Assembly: GCA_025058345.1 (NCBI GenBank) | Contig: JANXEN010000004.1 | Location: 50,929-114,928 of the forward strand | Length of the DNA: 64,000 bases | Direction: 5' to 3' | Source: Sulfolobales archaeon | GTDB lineage: Archaea > Thermoproteota > Thermoprotei_A > Sulfolobales > NBVN01 | Part shown: piece after piece, positions 9,181-19,027 of the stretch | Layout: every line of letters starts with the position of its first letter | How positions within the stretch are numbered: the stretch's first letter is position 1 | The notes under the pieces: model-generated | Seen by the model: only the letters and a program-made list of their open reading frames with translations | What the model was told of the DNA's origin: nothing | Database searches by the model: none | Program-made: the position numbers and the translations under genes

Positions 9181-9699
9181 TTGTTGATTAGCGGGGGATT
9201 TATGATGAAAGATCTCACAGTTAGCATTATAAGTATTACATTAGGTTTATTTATCATTATGTTATGTAGGGATTTACCAATGTTTATAGCGAGGGGTTAT
9301 CCAGGTCCTTCATTCTTCCCTCTATTACTTTCATCGGTGTCGATTCTATGCGGTTTAATTCTCTTGATTAAGTTCTTTAAAGATGTAAGGAAGGGAGGCA
9401 TATCATCTAATCTAAGATTTAATTTTAGGGTGTTAAGGCAGGTACTTAATAATAAACCAGTTATAAATGCCTTAAAGTTTTCTGCTCTATTAGTTGCTTA
9501 CATATTGCTGATACCTTATGCTGGTTTCTTCTTAGTCTCGCTCATATTCATGTTTATAACTCAAGTAGTTTATGGAGTGTCTACCTTAAAGGCCTTCGCC
9601 ATCAGTTCAGCCGTTATACTCTTCGTATACGTATTGTTTATCGGTATCCTCAAGGTTGTGGTTCCAGAACCTATCTTAGGTCAACTGCTTTATAGGTGA
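9181..9699 (+). CDS. tctB: Tripartite tricarboxylate transporter, small membrane subunit (TctB)
   Basis: 172-aa protein with about four TM segments, lying between tctC and tctA. Confidence 0.7.
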   Translation: MLISGGFMMKDLTVSIISITLGLFIIMLCRDLPMFIARGYPGPSFFPLLLSSVSILCGLILLIKFFKDVRKGGISSNLRFNFRVLRQVLNNKPVINALKFSALLVAYILLIPYAGFFLVSLIFMFITQVVYGVSTLKAFAISSAVILFVYVLFIGILKVVVPEPILGQLLYR

Positions 9700-9706
9700 G
9701 TACCAT

Positions 9707-11191
9707 ATGTTCTTCGAAATACTTCAACTAATACTACAACCACATGTGTTGTTTGCGATATTTATCGCCGAGTTATTTGGAGTCTTCATAGGTGCTATGC
9801 CAGGGTTAACGGCTACTATGGCTACTGCCCTTATAGTGCCCTTCACTTACTTCATGGATCCGTTAGCAGGTATATCTATGATTATAGCCATGACTGCCGT
9901 AGCTATTTTCGCTGGTGATATACCAGCGGTTTTACTTAAGATTCCGGGCACACCTGCATCTGCAGCTCAAACACTTGATGCTTATCAGTTGGGTAGGTCG
10001 AAACCCGTGGAAACGCTTTCTACCGACTTAGTATGTAGTGCTTTAGGGGGTATAGTAGGGTCTCTTATACTTATATTTACCTCACCAATACTTGCTGAAT
10101 TCGCCGTAAATTTCTCAACCGTTGAGTATTTCTGGCTTACTTTGTGGGGTCTATCCATGGCGATTGTTATATCGGCTGAACAACCTATTAAAGGGGTTTT
10201 AGGGGTCATTATAGGGTTTTTAATAGCAACTATAGGCATTGAGCCAGTGTACGGTTATGTAAGGTTTACTTTCGGTAGGGTCGAACTCCTCAGCGGGATA
10301 AGCTTTATACCGGCGATGATAGGGTTATTCGCGATACCTGAGTTACTTAAGCAGATATCGAAGCCGCATGAAAAGTATCTAGTTCAGCTATTAAGGGGTG
10401 GAAAAACTTATGAGATGATATCAACGGCTTTGAAAAAGTTTAAAACGACGGTAGCAAGGTCGTCACTGATCGGGACGTTCATCGGCGCATTACCTGGTGC
10501 AGGTGCAGATATCGCTGCATGGGTATCCTATGGAGTGGCTAAAAGGGTTAGCAAAAAACCTGAAGAATTTGGTAAGGGAACCATAGAAGGTGTTATTGCA
10601 GCAACATCAGCTAATAACGCAGCCCTAAGCGGTGCTTGGATACCGTTACTGGTTTTCGGGATTCCAGGGGATTCAATAACAGCAATAGCATTAGGTGCTT
10701 TGATGGCTCACGGATTAAGACCTGGACCTATGTTGTTTCAGAGACATGGAACTTTAGTATCTGCTATGTTTGCAGTATTTATATTGGCTAATTTACTGAT
10801 GTTGTTGATAGGTTATCTAGCTATCAGACTATCAAGCAATATATTGAGGATACCTAGAAATGTTTTAGTACCTCTAATAGCTGTGTTCTGCGTTATAGGT
10901 TCTTACGCGGTCAACAATAGTTTATTTGATGTATGGTCGATGTTGGTGCTCGGTATATTGGGATACTTCATGGAGAGGTTGGGAATACCTATACCGTCGG
11001 TTGTTTTAGCAATAATTTTAGGTCCTATGGTTGAGTTCAACTTTATCACCACTTTAATGAAGTCTGACTTAAATCCAATTATATTTGTATCTAGGCCAGT
11101 GGCGGCTGGATTAGCGTTTCTAACCATCTTTACTTGGGTGCTTCCGTTTATAAGGACTAAGAAGTTGCGAATTAAAGGAAGTGAGTCGTAA
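9707..11191 (+). CDS. tctA: Tripartite tricarboxylate transporter, large permease (TctA)
   Basis: 494-aa polytopic protein. Motifs GAMPGLTATMATAL, KIPGTPASAA and GALPGAGADIAAW are typical of TctA. Confidence 0.85.
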   Translation: MFFEILQLILQPHVLFAIFIAELFGVFIGAMPGLTATMATALIVPFTYFMDPLAGISMIIAMTAVAIFAGDIPAVLLKIPGTPASAAQTLDAYQLGRSKPVETLSTDLVCSALGGIVGSLILIFTSPILAEFAVNFSTVEYFWLTLWGLSMAIVISAEQPIKGVLGVIIGFLIATIGIEPVYGYVRFTFGRVELLSGISFIPAMIGLFAIPELLKQISKPHEKYLVQLLRGGKTYEMISTALKKFKTTVARSSLIGTFIGALPGAGADIAAWVSYGVAKRVSKKPEEFGKGTIEGVIAATSANNAALSGAWIPLLVFGIPGDSITAIALGALMAHGLRPGPMLFQRHGTLVSAMFAVFILANLLMLLIGYLAIRLSSNILRIPRNVLVPLIAVFCVIGSYAVNNSLFDVWSMLVLGILGYFMERLGIPIPSVVLAIILGPMVEFNFITTLMKSDLNPIIFVSRPVAAGLAFLTIFTWVLPFIRTKKLRIKGSES

Positions 11192-11240
11192 CTGTCGTTA
11201 TTTAAATAGGGTTGAAGCTTTACTCTTAATGGTGGTTTAA

Positions 11241-11891
11241 ATGAAGCTGGTGAATTACGTCGTCGGCCCGTTATCTACTAACTCATATGTTATATATGAT
11301 GAAGTGACTATGGATGCTATAGTTATAGACCCAGGCAGTAATGAATTAGTACCTAAGTGTAGGGAATTAATTGGTAAAGGACTTAAATTCAGTAAGATCA
11401 TAGCCACACATGGTCATGTAGACCACGTAGCTGGAGTTAAGTCATTAAGGGAAATTACCGGTGCTAAGTTCATGCTTCATAAATCTGATATTGAGATCAT
11501 GGACATTAGCTTAGATTGGGGATGGGAGCTTGGGTATAATTTAAGTCTTGAGGACTTAAGCCCTGACTACGTCTATGAAGGTGATGAGGTAGTAAGCCTA
11601 GGTGACTTGGAGATTAAGATAATCCATACTCCCGGCCATACTCCTGGATCCATAGTTCTCTACATACCTTCCTTGAAAATAGCTTTTACTGGTGATACAC
11701 TATTCCGTGAGAGCGTCGGTAGAACAGATTTAATGGGCGGCTCATGGCCTGCGTTAAAGGAGAGTATAAGGAGATTGGCAAATACCTTCAATAGCGAAAC
11801 AATCATATATCCTGGACATGGACCTAGTTCTACATTAGGTTATGAGCTGAGAAATAACCGCTTTGTTAAACATATCTTAAGAGGAGGTTAG
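11241..11891 (+). CDS. MBL-fold metallo-hydrolase (glyoxalase II-like)
   Basis: ATHGHVDHVAG (HxHxDH), HTPGHTPGS and downstream GD/GHG motifs. Confidence 0.85.
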   Translation: MKLVNYVVGPLSTNSYVIYDEVTMDAIVIDPGSNELVPKCRELIGKGLKFSKIIATHGHVDHVAGVKSLREITGAKFMLHKSDIEIMDISLDWGWELGYNLSLEDLSPDYVYEGDEVVSLGDLEIKIIHTPGHTPGSIVLYIPSLKIAFTGDTLFRESVGRTDLMGGSWPALKESIRRLANTFNSETIIYPGHGPSSTLGYELRNNRFVKHILRGG

Positions 11892-13165
11892 TTATCTAAC
11901 CTTATCGTATCCCCGTTTATTGGGTAGTAAACGCTTAAGTCATTCCTATGTTTTCTTAACCTTTCTATAAACTCCCTTCCAACGCTTTCCTCGGTATGCA
12001 TAACTACAACATGTTTGATATTATTAACACCCCTTAAAATGTTGGTAAGTCCTTCAGAATCTGCGTGGCTCGAAAAATCGAACCATTTAACCTTAGCTTT
12101 AACGAGTTGGCCGTTATCCTCTAATAATCCGGATTCAAGTAATTTCCTCCCAGGGGTTCCCCTTGCCTGGTAGCTAACTAAGAAGATACCGTTTTTGGAG
12201 TTATTAGCAAATTGTTTTGCGTAGTACTGTGCTGGACCTCCCTTGAGCATGCCTGCTGAAGCGACGATAACTATTCCTTTTTCCTTAGTTAATTTCCTTC
12301 TCTCACCTGAGGTTTTAACCATATTGAACTTCTTTAAAGCGCTTATAAGTAAGCCGTACATGTTTATGTACTCTGGATAGCTTGAAACTACTTCACTGAC
12401 GTACCTAACCATACCATCGTAGTATACATTGAGTCCAGGGAGATATTGGTATAACACACAAAGTAGCTCTTGTGCCCTCCCTAAACTAAAGACTGGAATT
12501 AATACGTTACCACCATTTTCTACAACTTCTAATATTGAATCTATTAACTCCTTCTCGACATATGGACGGGGTGGGTGAAGCGAATTACCGTACGTTGCTT
12601 CAGTGATTAATATGTCTGCGCTTACACCTCCATAAGATGCAGGCTTTACAAGTTTAGTCTCTGCTGTGTTTACATCCCCGGTATACAGTACTCTTACACC
12701 ATCTAACTCGATGAGAGCCATAGCGCTTCCAGGGATGTGCCCAGCATTTAATAAAGATATTTTGAAGTCCCCAAGTTCAACCCACTCATTAAGGCTGAGT
12801 TCAATGACGTTATCTAGGAGCGTGTTTAGTTCGTTATACTCATATGGTATGTAATATCCTGAAATCCTTAGGAAGTCCTCTACCATTACTCTAATTAACG
12901 GTTTACTTAAGTTGGTGGTTATGGTTGGAGGTTTAGCTGATGAGTAGATAAGTGGAGCAGCACCCACATGATCTAGATGAGCATGGGATATAATTATACC
13001 CTCTACTAATGAAGGTTTGATATGTTGAGGGAATTGCGGGACATCGTTCTCAGTGAAGTTCACGCCATGGTCCAACAATAAGTACCTTCCATTATATCCT
13101 AAGGCTACTGCACTTCTACCTACTTCACGACCACCGCCAAGCATCTTTATTTCTACGCTTTTCAT
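11888..13165 (-). CDS. beta-CASP family ribonuclease (aCPSF2-type, MBL fold)
   Basis: MLGGGREVGRS N-terminus, SHAHLDHVGA motif and C-terminal beta-CASP motifs (FSSHAD, HTE). The 425-aa length fits aCPSF2. Confidence 0.8.
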   Translation of the reverse strand: MKSVEIKMLGGGREVGRSAVALGYNGRYLLLDHGVNFTENDVPQFPQHIKPSLVEGIIISHAHLDHVGAAPLIYSSAKPPTITTNLSKPLIRVMVEDFLRISGYYIPYEYNELNTLLDNVIELSLNEWVELGDFKISLLNAGHIPGSAMALIELDGVRVLYTGDVNTAETKLVKPASYGGVSADILITEATYGNSLHPPRPYVEKELIDSILEVVENGGNVLIPVFSLGRAQELLCVLYQYLPGLNVYYDGMVRYVSEVVSSYPEYINMYGLLISALKKFNMVKTSGERRKLTKEKGIVIVASAGMLKGGPAQYYAKQFANNSKNGIFLVSYQARGTPGRKLLESGLLEDNGQLVKAKVKWFDFSSHADSEGLTNILRGVNNIKHVVVMHTEESVGREFIERLRKHRNDLSVYYPINGDTIRLDN

Positions 13166-13235
13166 GGTATTTTACATCCGATCAGTTAACTATAGTTTAT
13201 ATTTTCCTTATTAATAAACATTACTTGGGATTTAA

Positions 13236-13610
13236 ATGATTCCGTTGAGTCCAAGAGAACTTAAACGAACTCTCAAGAAGTTGGGCATAAATGTTGAGGA
13301 GTTGAATGAGGTCTCTGCCGTAATTCTAGAAACTAAGGACTCTGAAATAGTTATTGAGAACCCTCAGGTAGTGGTTTTCACCTCTCAAGGTCAGAAGATT
13401 TATCAAATTGTGAGTAAGGACGAGAAAGTCATAAGTAAAAAACCATCTATTGACGTATCTCAGGTTAAGTTCTCTGAAGATGACGTAAACTTCATTATGA
13501 GTCAAGCTAATGTTGACCGTGAGGTAGCAGTTCAAGTGTTAAAGGATGCTGACGGAGATATAGCTAAGGCATTAATTCTTGTTGATGAGAGAAAGTCAAG
13601 GAAGGTTTAA
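13236..13610 (+). CDS. nac: Nascent polypeptide-associated complex protein (archaeal NAC, with C-terminal UBA-like domain)
   Basis: SPRELKRTLKKLGINVEEL N-terminus, NAC beta-barrel region and a C-terminal VDREVAVQVLKDADGDIAKALI UBA-like helix bundle. Confidence 0.85.
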   Translation: MIPLSPRELKRTLKKLGINVEELNEVSAVILETKDSEIVIENPQVVVFTSQGQKIYQIVSKDEKVISKKPSIDVSQVKFSEDDVNFIMSQANVDREVAVQVLKDADGDIAKALILVDERKSRKV

Positions 13611-14315
13611 GGTAGCGTTTCTCAAATTACTGATTAACGTGTTTATGTCTTCAGTTAAAGATAGAATTAAAGGTACTCCTTCTCTATCAGCTAACTTAAC
13701 CGCTAGAGGATCTACCCTCTTAGGTCCGTGAAGTATTATCGTAGCTGGCTTAGCCGGCGCAACCCTCACAGCTATCATTGGGGATCTACCAGTACTCACT
13801 TTAGTGAAGACTAAGGCCCTTCTAGTATTCATGCCCATAATCTGCCAGAACTCGTTCCCGCTTAAGCCTTCAATAGCTTCTAAGCTATCTATTACCGTAT
13901 ACCCGTATATTTCATCCGTTGAAGATATGTATGAGTTTACTATAAATCCCTCAACGATGTTTACCAGTAAATCCAACCTTATTGGTGAGTTCAACTCTTT
14001 AACGTCAAGTATTGCAGTACTGTATAAAAGATTTAAATTTTTGGCTAATTCCTTAGTGACTATCCAACCTCGTTCACCATCAATTGTTAGAAGGGCATCA
14101 ACGTATTTCTTTATGAATCTAGCTCCTGGAGTCCTTCTATTTTTTTCATAATCACTTATGACACTGGCTGAAATCCCCATGATTCTGGCAATGTCTAACT
14201 GCGATGACTTAAAAATTTCTCTCCATTTCCTCAAGGAACTTCCGTAATTATTACTTAGGACCATATCTCCCGCAATCCTTTTAGCGATAAGCTCCTTAAG
14301 GTACTCGTTAACCAT
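13596..14315 (-). CDS. XRE-type HTH transcriptional regulator with uncharacterised C-terminal domain
   Basis: SSQLDIARIMGISASVISDYEKNRRTP helix-turn-helix, followed by a ~150-aa C-terminal domain conserved in archaeal regulators. Confidence 0.65.
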   Translation of the reverse strand: MVNEYLKELIAKRIAGDMVLSNNYGSSLRKWREIFKSSQLDIARIMGISASVISDYEKNRRTPGARFIKKYVDALLTIDGERGWIVTKELAKNLNLLYSTAILDVKELNSPIRLDLLVNIVEGFIVNSYISSTDEIYGYTVIDSLEAIEGLSGNEFWQIMGMNTRRALVFTKVSTGRSPMIAVRVAPAKPATIILHGPKRVDPLAVKLADREGVPLILSLTEDINTLISNLRNATLNLP

Positions 14316-14376
14316 ACCTCAATTACCACTACTTACTTAGTAATAAATTAATAAACAATTTCAAACCTGCGAATCT

Positions 14377-15249
14377 TCAGTTAAAGATAGCTCTTATAAT
14401 TGGTTTCCAATCCATCCCCTGCATATATGAAACACTTACTCTGGGAGGAATCTCTATTATTGAGGATGGATTCAACTTATCCACTATATTTGAGGATTTA
14501 AGTCCCTCCTCACCTAAATCACTAATTACTTCCTTAACTAGCTTCCTAATTCTGGGTAGGTCATCGAATAATATGGTATATCCATGACCAATTGATATAA
14601 CTCCATTTAAGTGTTCTAGAAGTGAAATGTAGGGGATGAATGCATCGTTGAATGATTCTACAAGAATAACGTCCTTCCCCTCACACCTCCTTTTAAGACA
14701 TAGGTTCAAGTTATCATCAATCCAAGGTTGTTTCAGCATCTTAACTAAATTATCTAATTCAATTTCCCTGGCACCTACGACATTCGATAATTCCAGTAAA
14801 TCATTCATTAAGGACTTAGCAACATGATTGAGGTTACTCTTAATAATAAAATGATTAACGCCACTGCCTTCACATGAAGTAATCCTAGCCAAAACCATTT
14901 GCTTAAACTGGTCAAATGCATCAATTAAGTATCTACCAAACGCACCATTATTGAGGTACTTAGCAACATCAACTGGACTCATGAGCAAATCTACAGGATT
15001 CGTAATTGGTATTTCCTCTCTGTTGATAATTCCTAGATCTAAGTAAGTTAGAACATCCGACCCAACAAGTAGCTTAAGCATTTTACTCCTAACTACTGTA
15101 GTGTATTGTGTCCAAGCACTATGACCAGCTACCGGCTTATATATGCTGGCTCTATATCCTTGACTTATTAGATACTTAGTAAGTGCTGTAGAAAACCAAG
15201 TCTTACCTGAATCATGAACGAATAGTCCGTTAACTAGTATTATCTTCAA
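14377..15249 (-). CDS. P-loop NTPase with dethiobiotin-synthetase-like fold (function unknown)
   Basis: N-terminus VNGLFVHDSGKTWFSTALTKYLISQGYRASIYKPV resembles the DTBS/CobQ P-loop plus the KPV motif. TTG start. Longer (290 aa) than BioD. Confidence 0.45.
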   Translation of the reverse strand: MKIILVNGLFVHDSGKTWFSTALTKYLISQGYRASIYKPVAGHSAWTQYTTVVRSKMLKLLVGSDVLTYLDLGIINREEIPITNPVDLLMSPVDVAKYLNNGAFGRYLIDAFDQFKQMVLARITSCEGSGVNHFIIKSNLNHVAKSLMNDLLELSNVVGAREIELDNLVKMLKQPWIDDNLNLCLKRRCEGKDVILVESFNDAFIPYISLLEHLNGVISIGHGYTILFDDLPRIRKLVKEVISDLGEEGLKSSNIVDKLNPSSIIEIPPRVSVSYMQGMDWKPIIRAIFN

Positions 15250-15308
15250 TAGCTCGCCCTAAATAAAACTTAGGTGAGAACTTATATATTGCTAATTATT
15301 ATATAGCT

Positions 15309-16265
15309 TCACTTAGTAGATTGCTTTGACTTACCATTAAAGAGTTCTAATGAAGCTTTGACTATGGATTCACTGTTTAGTCCATAGAAATCTAGCAGCT
15401 CTCTAACACTCTTTGCTGACCTTCCATAACCTAAAACGCCGATAACTTTCATGGGAACTGGGTATCTTTGAGTGAGTATTTCAGCAATAGTTGAACCCAC
15501 GCCACCAAATACCGAGTGTTCTTCAATAGTTACTATCCTTCCACAATTCCGAGCAACCTTCTCTATAGCGCCCTCATCAGTTGGTTTTACATTAATTAAG
15601 TTAATTACTGTGGATTTTATGCCGTATTTCTTAAGTTTATGTGATGCCTCTAAGGCGTCTTGAAGAACTGGGCCAGCAGCTACGATAGCTAAATCACTTC
15701 CCTCCTCTAGGATGTATACATTACCAGGCCTGTATTCGTAATCATATTCATCAGTAATTGATGGTGAGTAGTCGCGTCCAACTCTGAAGTAGAGGGGACC
15801 CTTAACCTCCTTGATGATGACTGGTAAACTTCTCAAAATGTCTTTTACGTCCGCTGGCACTACGACTGACATGTTATGAATGACTCTCATTAAGGCTATA
15901 TCCTCAAGCGATTGATGACTTGATCCGTCAGGATGGTCGCTAAAGCCTGAGTGGGTTCCAATTATTTTAACATTTAAGTTCATTCTACCTAAAGTGTTTC
16001 TAATTTGCTCCCATGCTCTAGTAATGAACATTGAGAACGCACAGATAACTGGTACAGCACCTGCGGAAGCTAAACCAGCTGCAAAACTAACCATATGTTG
16101 TTCAGCAATACCTACGTTAAAGTACCTATCCGGGAACTTGCTGCCGAAGAGGTTTGCCCTAGTAGCTCTCCCAACATCAGCAGTAATTACAACTAAATCC
16201 GCCACTTCACTGCCTAATTCACATAGTACTGTACCAATAGCATCACGCGGTGTGTTAATCACCAT
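15309..16265 (-). CDS. Transketolase, C-terminal section (pyrimidine-binding and C-terminal domains)
   Basis: Motifs [18 protein letters not shown] and [17 protein letters not shown]. Sits directly downstream of the N-terminal section gene. Confidence 0.9.
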   Translation of the reverse strand: MVINTPRDAIGTVLCELGSEVADLVVITADVGRATRANLFGSKFPDRYFNVGIAEQHMVSFAAGLASAGAVPVICAFSMFITRAWEQIRNTLGRMNLNVKIIGTHSGFSDHPDGSSHQSLEDIALMRVIHNMSVVVPADVKDILRSLPVIIKEVKGPLYFRVGRDYSPSITDEYDYEYRPGNVYILEEGSDLAIVAAGPVLQDALEASHKLKKYGIKSTVINLINVKPTDEGAIEKVARNCGRIVTIEEHSVFGGVGSTIAEILTQRYPVPMKVIGVLGYGRSAKSVRELLDFYGLNSESIVKASLELFNGKSKQSTK

Positions 16266-16267
16266 TA

Positions 16268-16933
16268 CTACTCAACTCTTTGGATGTGAGTATCCTCTAG
16301 TTGCTTAAGTCCTTTACCCCTCACAGTCTTAGCGAATATTACAGCCGGTTTCCTAGATCTAATCGCTCCATCTAAAGCCGATACGATACTCGCGACTGCA
16401 TGGCCGTCGCATAGGAAGACCTCCCACCCAACAGTTCTCCATATCAACGGCATATAATGCTTAGGTTTTACCTCAGATAATTTTCCATCTAATTGGTATC
16501 CATTAAAATCTATAATTACGATCAAGTTATCTAAACCCCTATGTACTGCATCCGTCATAGCCTCCCACACCTGACCCTCGTCCTGCTCACCATCACCCAT
16601 AACAACATAAACCCTACCTACACCCCCTCTGGACTTAATCCATGAGGCAACACCCATCCCGAAACTCAGTCCCTGCCCTAGACTGCCTGTAGACATATCA
16701 ACTCCAGGTATAGCTATGTCTGGATGTCCCTGAAGTATAGAATCCAGTGACTGCAACTTCATTAACTCCCCGTAATGTATCGACCCAATATCTGCTAGTA
16801 AAGCATATAGTGCCGGAGCTGCATGACCTTTACTGAGCACCAACCAATCTTTGGTTAATGGATCGCCACTCAGCCTGATATATCTCTTAAGAAGTACTGT
16901 TAAGATCTCAACACAACTTAATGTAGAACCCAT
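16268..16933 (-). CDS. Transketolase, N-terminal section (TPP-binding); true start probably upstream of the listed ATG
   Basis: Motifs [11 protein letters not shown] and [13 protein letters not shown]. The frame stays open to 17095 and encodes the family-typical N-terminal helix, but with no ATG/GTG/TTG (see findings). Confidence 0.85.
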   Translation of the reverse strand: MGSTLSCVEILTVLLKRYIRLSGDPLTKDWLVLSKGHAAPALYALLADIGSIHYGELMKLQSLDSILQGHPDIAIPGVDMSTGSLGQGLSFGMGVASWIKSRGGVGRVYVVMGDGEQDEGQVWEAMTDAVHRGLDNLIVIIDFNGYQLDGKLSEVKPKHYMPLIWRTVGWEVFLCDGHAVASIVSALDGAIRSRKPAVIFAKTVRGKGLKQLEDTHIQRVE

Positions 16934-17185
16934 GTGGAGGTTCTTTTCATAATGATGGATGTCGATTATTAGTTTTCTGACTTTCTCTGAAGTAAGTTCT
17001 AATTGGGTATATTCTTCTACTTTATATTTTGGAATTGCATCGCCTACACCAAGAATTATATGATACAGTTGCTGGGGTATATAACCTTTTTGTTTTTAAT
17101 TAATTAAATAAATTTCATTATCCATCAACGCATATAAGATGGAAATTAATTTAATTATAGTAAAGCATAATAACTAGACTTTATT

Positions 17186-18457
17186 ATGAAATATGAGGTA
17201 ATCATGGCTGGAGAGCAGACATTAACTGAAAAGATATTAAGTAGGGCAGCTGGTAAAGCAGTCACTCCAAACGATATAGTAGAAATATCGGTTGATTTAA
17301 TAGGATTTCACGATTTAACGGGATTTCACGTAATTGAGGTTATTGAGAGCGTAGGCTATAAATACATACCAAACCCTGAAAAATTAGTTATAGCTTTTGA
17401 TCACCTAGTTCCCCCACCTGACGTAAGGAGTGCTGAAATACAGAAACTCGTTAGGGAATTAGCACGTAAGAGTAAAGTGTTGAATTTTCATGACGTGGGT
17501 GACGGCATCCTCCATCAATTACTGTTGGAGAAGTATGTGGAACCAGGCCAGGTAGTAGTTGGTGCAGACAGCCATACGTCGACTGCAGGGGCCTTAGGCG
17601 CGTTTGCTCAAGGTATGGGAGCTACTGATGTAGCTGCTGCCTTACTTACAGGTAAGACTTGGGTTTCAGTACCTCAATCATTTAAGGTAGTTCTTAAGGG
17701 AGTTCCTAAGAAATGGGTTACTGGGAAGGATGTAGCTTTAGAAATACTTAGGGAGTTCAAGGCCGATTACTTCAATGGTATGTCCCTTGAGTTTTATGTT
17801 GAGAAATCGAGCGAGTTCCCCATGGATTATAGGGCAACGGTATCTAACATGGGTATAGAGTTTAATGCTGATTCAACTCTATTCGTACCTGATGCAGAGA
17901 CATATAGCTATTTAAAAAATGAAAGAGGTGTCGAGTGTAAGATGATTTCACCAGATAAAAACGCATCATATGTAGATGAACATGTAATTGATTTGAAGGA
18001 TGTTGATCTACTTGTTGCAGCCCCCTATAGTGTAGATAACGTTAAAGGTGTTCGTGAGGTTGAGGGAATGGAGGTCGATATGGTATTCATAGGTTCTTGT
18101 ACTAATGGTAGGCTAAGTGACCTAGAAATAGCTGCTAAGATGATGAAAGGTAGGAAGGTTAGGAGTAGGTGTGTAGTTATTCCAGCATCTAGGAAGGTTT
18201 TCAATAAGGCCCTTGAACTAGGATATATACAAACGTTAGTTAGTGCTGGATGCGTAGTTACATTTAGCACCTGCGGTCCATGTATAGGCGGGCATTTCGG
18301 TGTTGCAGGTCCTGATGAGGTAATACTTTCCACCTCAAATAGGAATTTTAAGGGAAGGATGGGTAGTCCGAACTCTAAGACGTTTTTAGTAGGTCCATCA
18401 GTGGCTGCCGCTTCAGCGGTCTTAGGTAAGGTTTCTGAGCCTGGTGAGTTGCAATGA
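17186..18457 (+). CDS. leuC: 3-isopropylmalate dehydratase / homoaconitase large subunit
   Basis: Aconitase-family motifs (GADSHT, GSCTNGR, CGPCIG). Overlaps the small-subunit gene by 4 nt. Confidence 0.85.
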   Translation: MKYEVIMAGEQTLTEKILSRAAGKAVTPNDIVEISVDLIGFHDLTGFHVIEVIESVGYKYIPNPEKLVIAFDHLVPPPDVRSAEIQKLVRELARKSKVLNFHDVGDGILHQLLLEKYVEPGQVVVGADSHTSTAGALGAFAQGMGATDVAAALLTGKTWVSVPQSFKVVLKGVPKKWVTGKDVALEILREFKADYFNGMSLEFYVEKSSEFPMDYRATVSNMGIEFNADSTLFVPDAETYSYLKNERGVECKMISPDKNASYVDEHVIDLKDVDLLVAAPYSVDNVKGVREVEGMEVDMVFIGSCTNGRLSDLEIAAKMMKGRKVRSRCVVIPASRKVFNKALELGYIQTLVSAGCVVTFSTCGPCIGGHFGVAGPDEVILSTSNRNFKGRMGSPNSKTFLVGPSVAAASAVLGKVSEPGELQ

Positions 18458-18942
18458 TAGTTAGTGGTAGGGTTATAAAGTTAGGAGATAAGATTGACAC
18501 GGATTTAATAATACCTGCAAAACACCTTAAGTACACAGATCCTCAGTATTTGGCGCAACATGTACTTGAACCTCTAGACCCAGAATTCCATAAGAAGGCA
18601 TCTAAAGGCGTCGTCTTAATTGCAGGAAAGTTATTTGGTATGGGTTCCTCCAGGGAGCAGGCTGCAATAGCTCTTAAGGCTGCTGGAGTTAAGGCTGTGT
18701 TAGCTGAATCTTTTGCAAGGATATTTTTCAGAAACGCAGTTAATAATGGATTACCAGTAATGTCTTGCTCTAAGATTACTGAATTTGTGGTAGATGGTGA
18801 TTACATATCCGTAAATCTATCAACCGGTGAGGTCTCACTACCTGAAAAAGGCATTAATCTGAAGTGTAAAGAGTTGCCTGAAGTGGTTATTAAGATCTTA
18901 AGTTCTGGAGGTTTGATTGAGTACTTAAAGGGCGTTAAGTAA
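18454..18942 (+). CDS. leuD: 3-isopropylmalate dehydratase / homoaconitase small subunit
   Basis: Motifs [21 protein letters not shown] and the swivel-domain pattern [16 protein letters not shown]. Confidence 0.85.
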   Translation: MIVSGRVIKLGDKIDTDLIIPAKHLKYTDPQYLAQHVLEPLDPEFHKKASKGVVLIAGKLFGMGSSREQAAIALKAAGVKAVLAESFARIFFRNAVNNGLPVMSCSKITEFVVDGDYISVNLSTGEVSLPEKGINLKCKELPEVVIKILSSGGLIEYLKGVK

Positions 18943-19027
18943 TTAAAAAATATTTACGTAATTGGTAGAAAAAGTTTTTATACTCTAGCCCCTTCTTAAG
19001 AAAGGGATCTGTATTGCTATACGTGAA

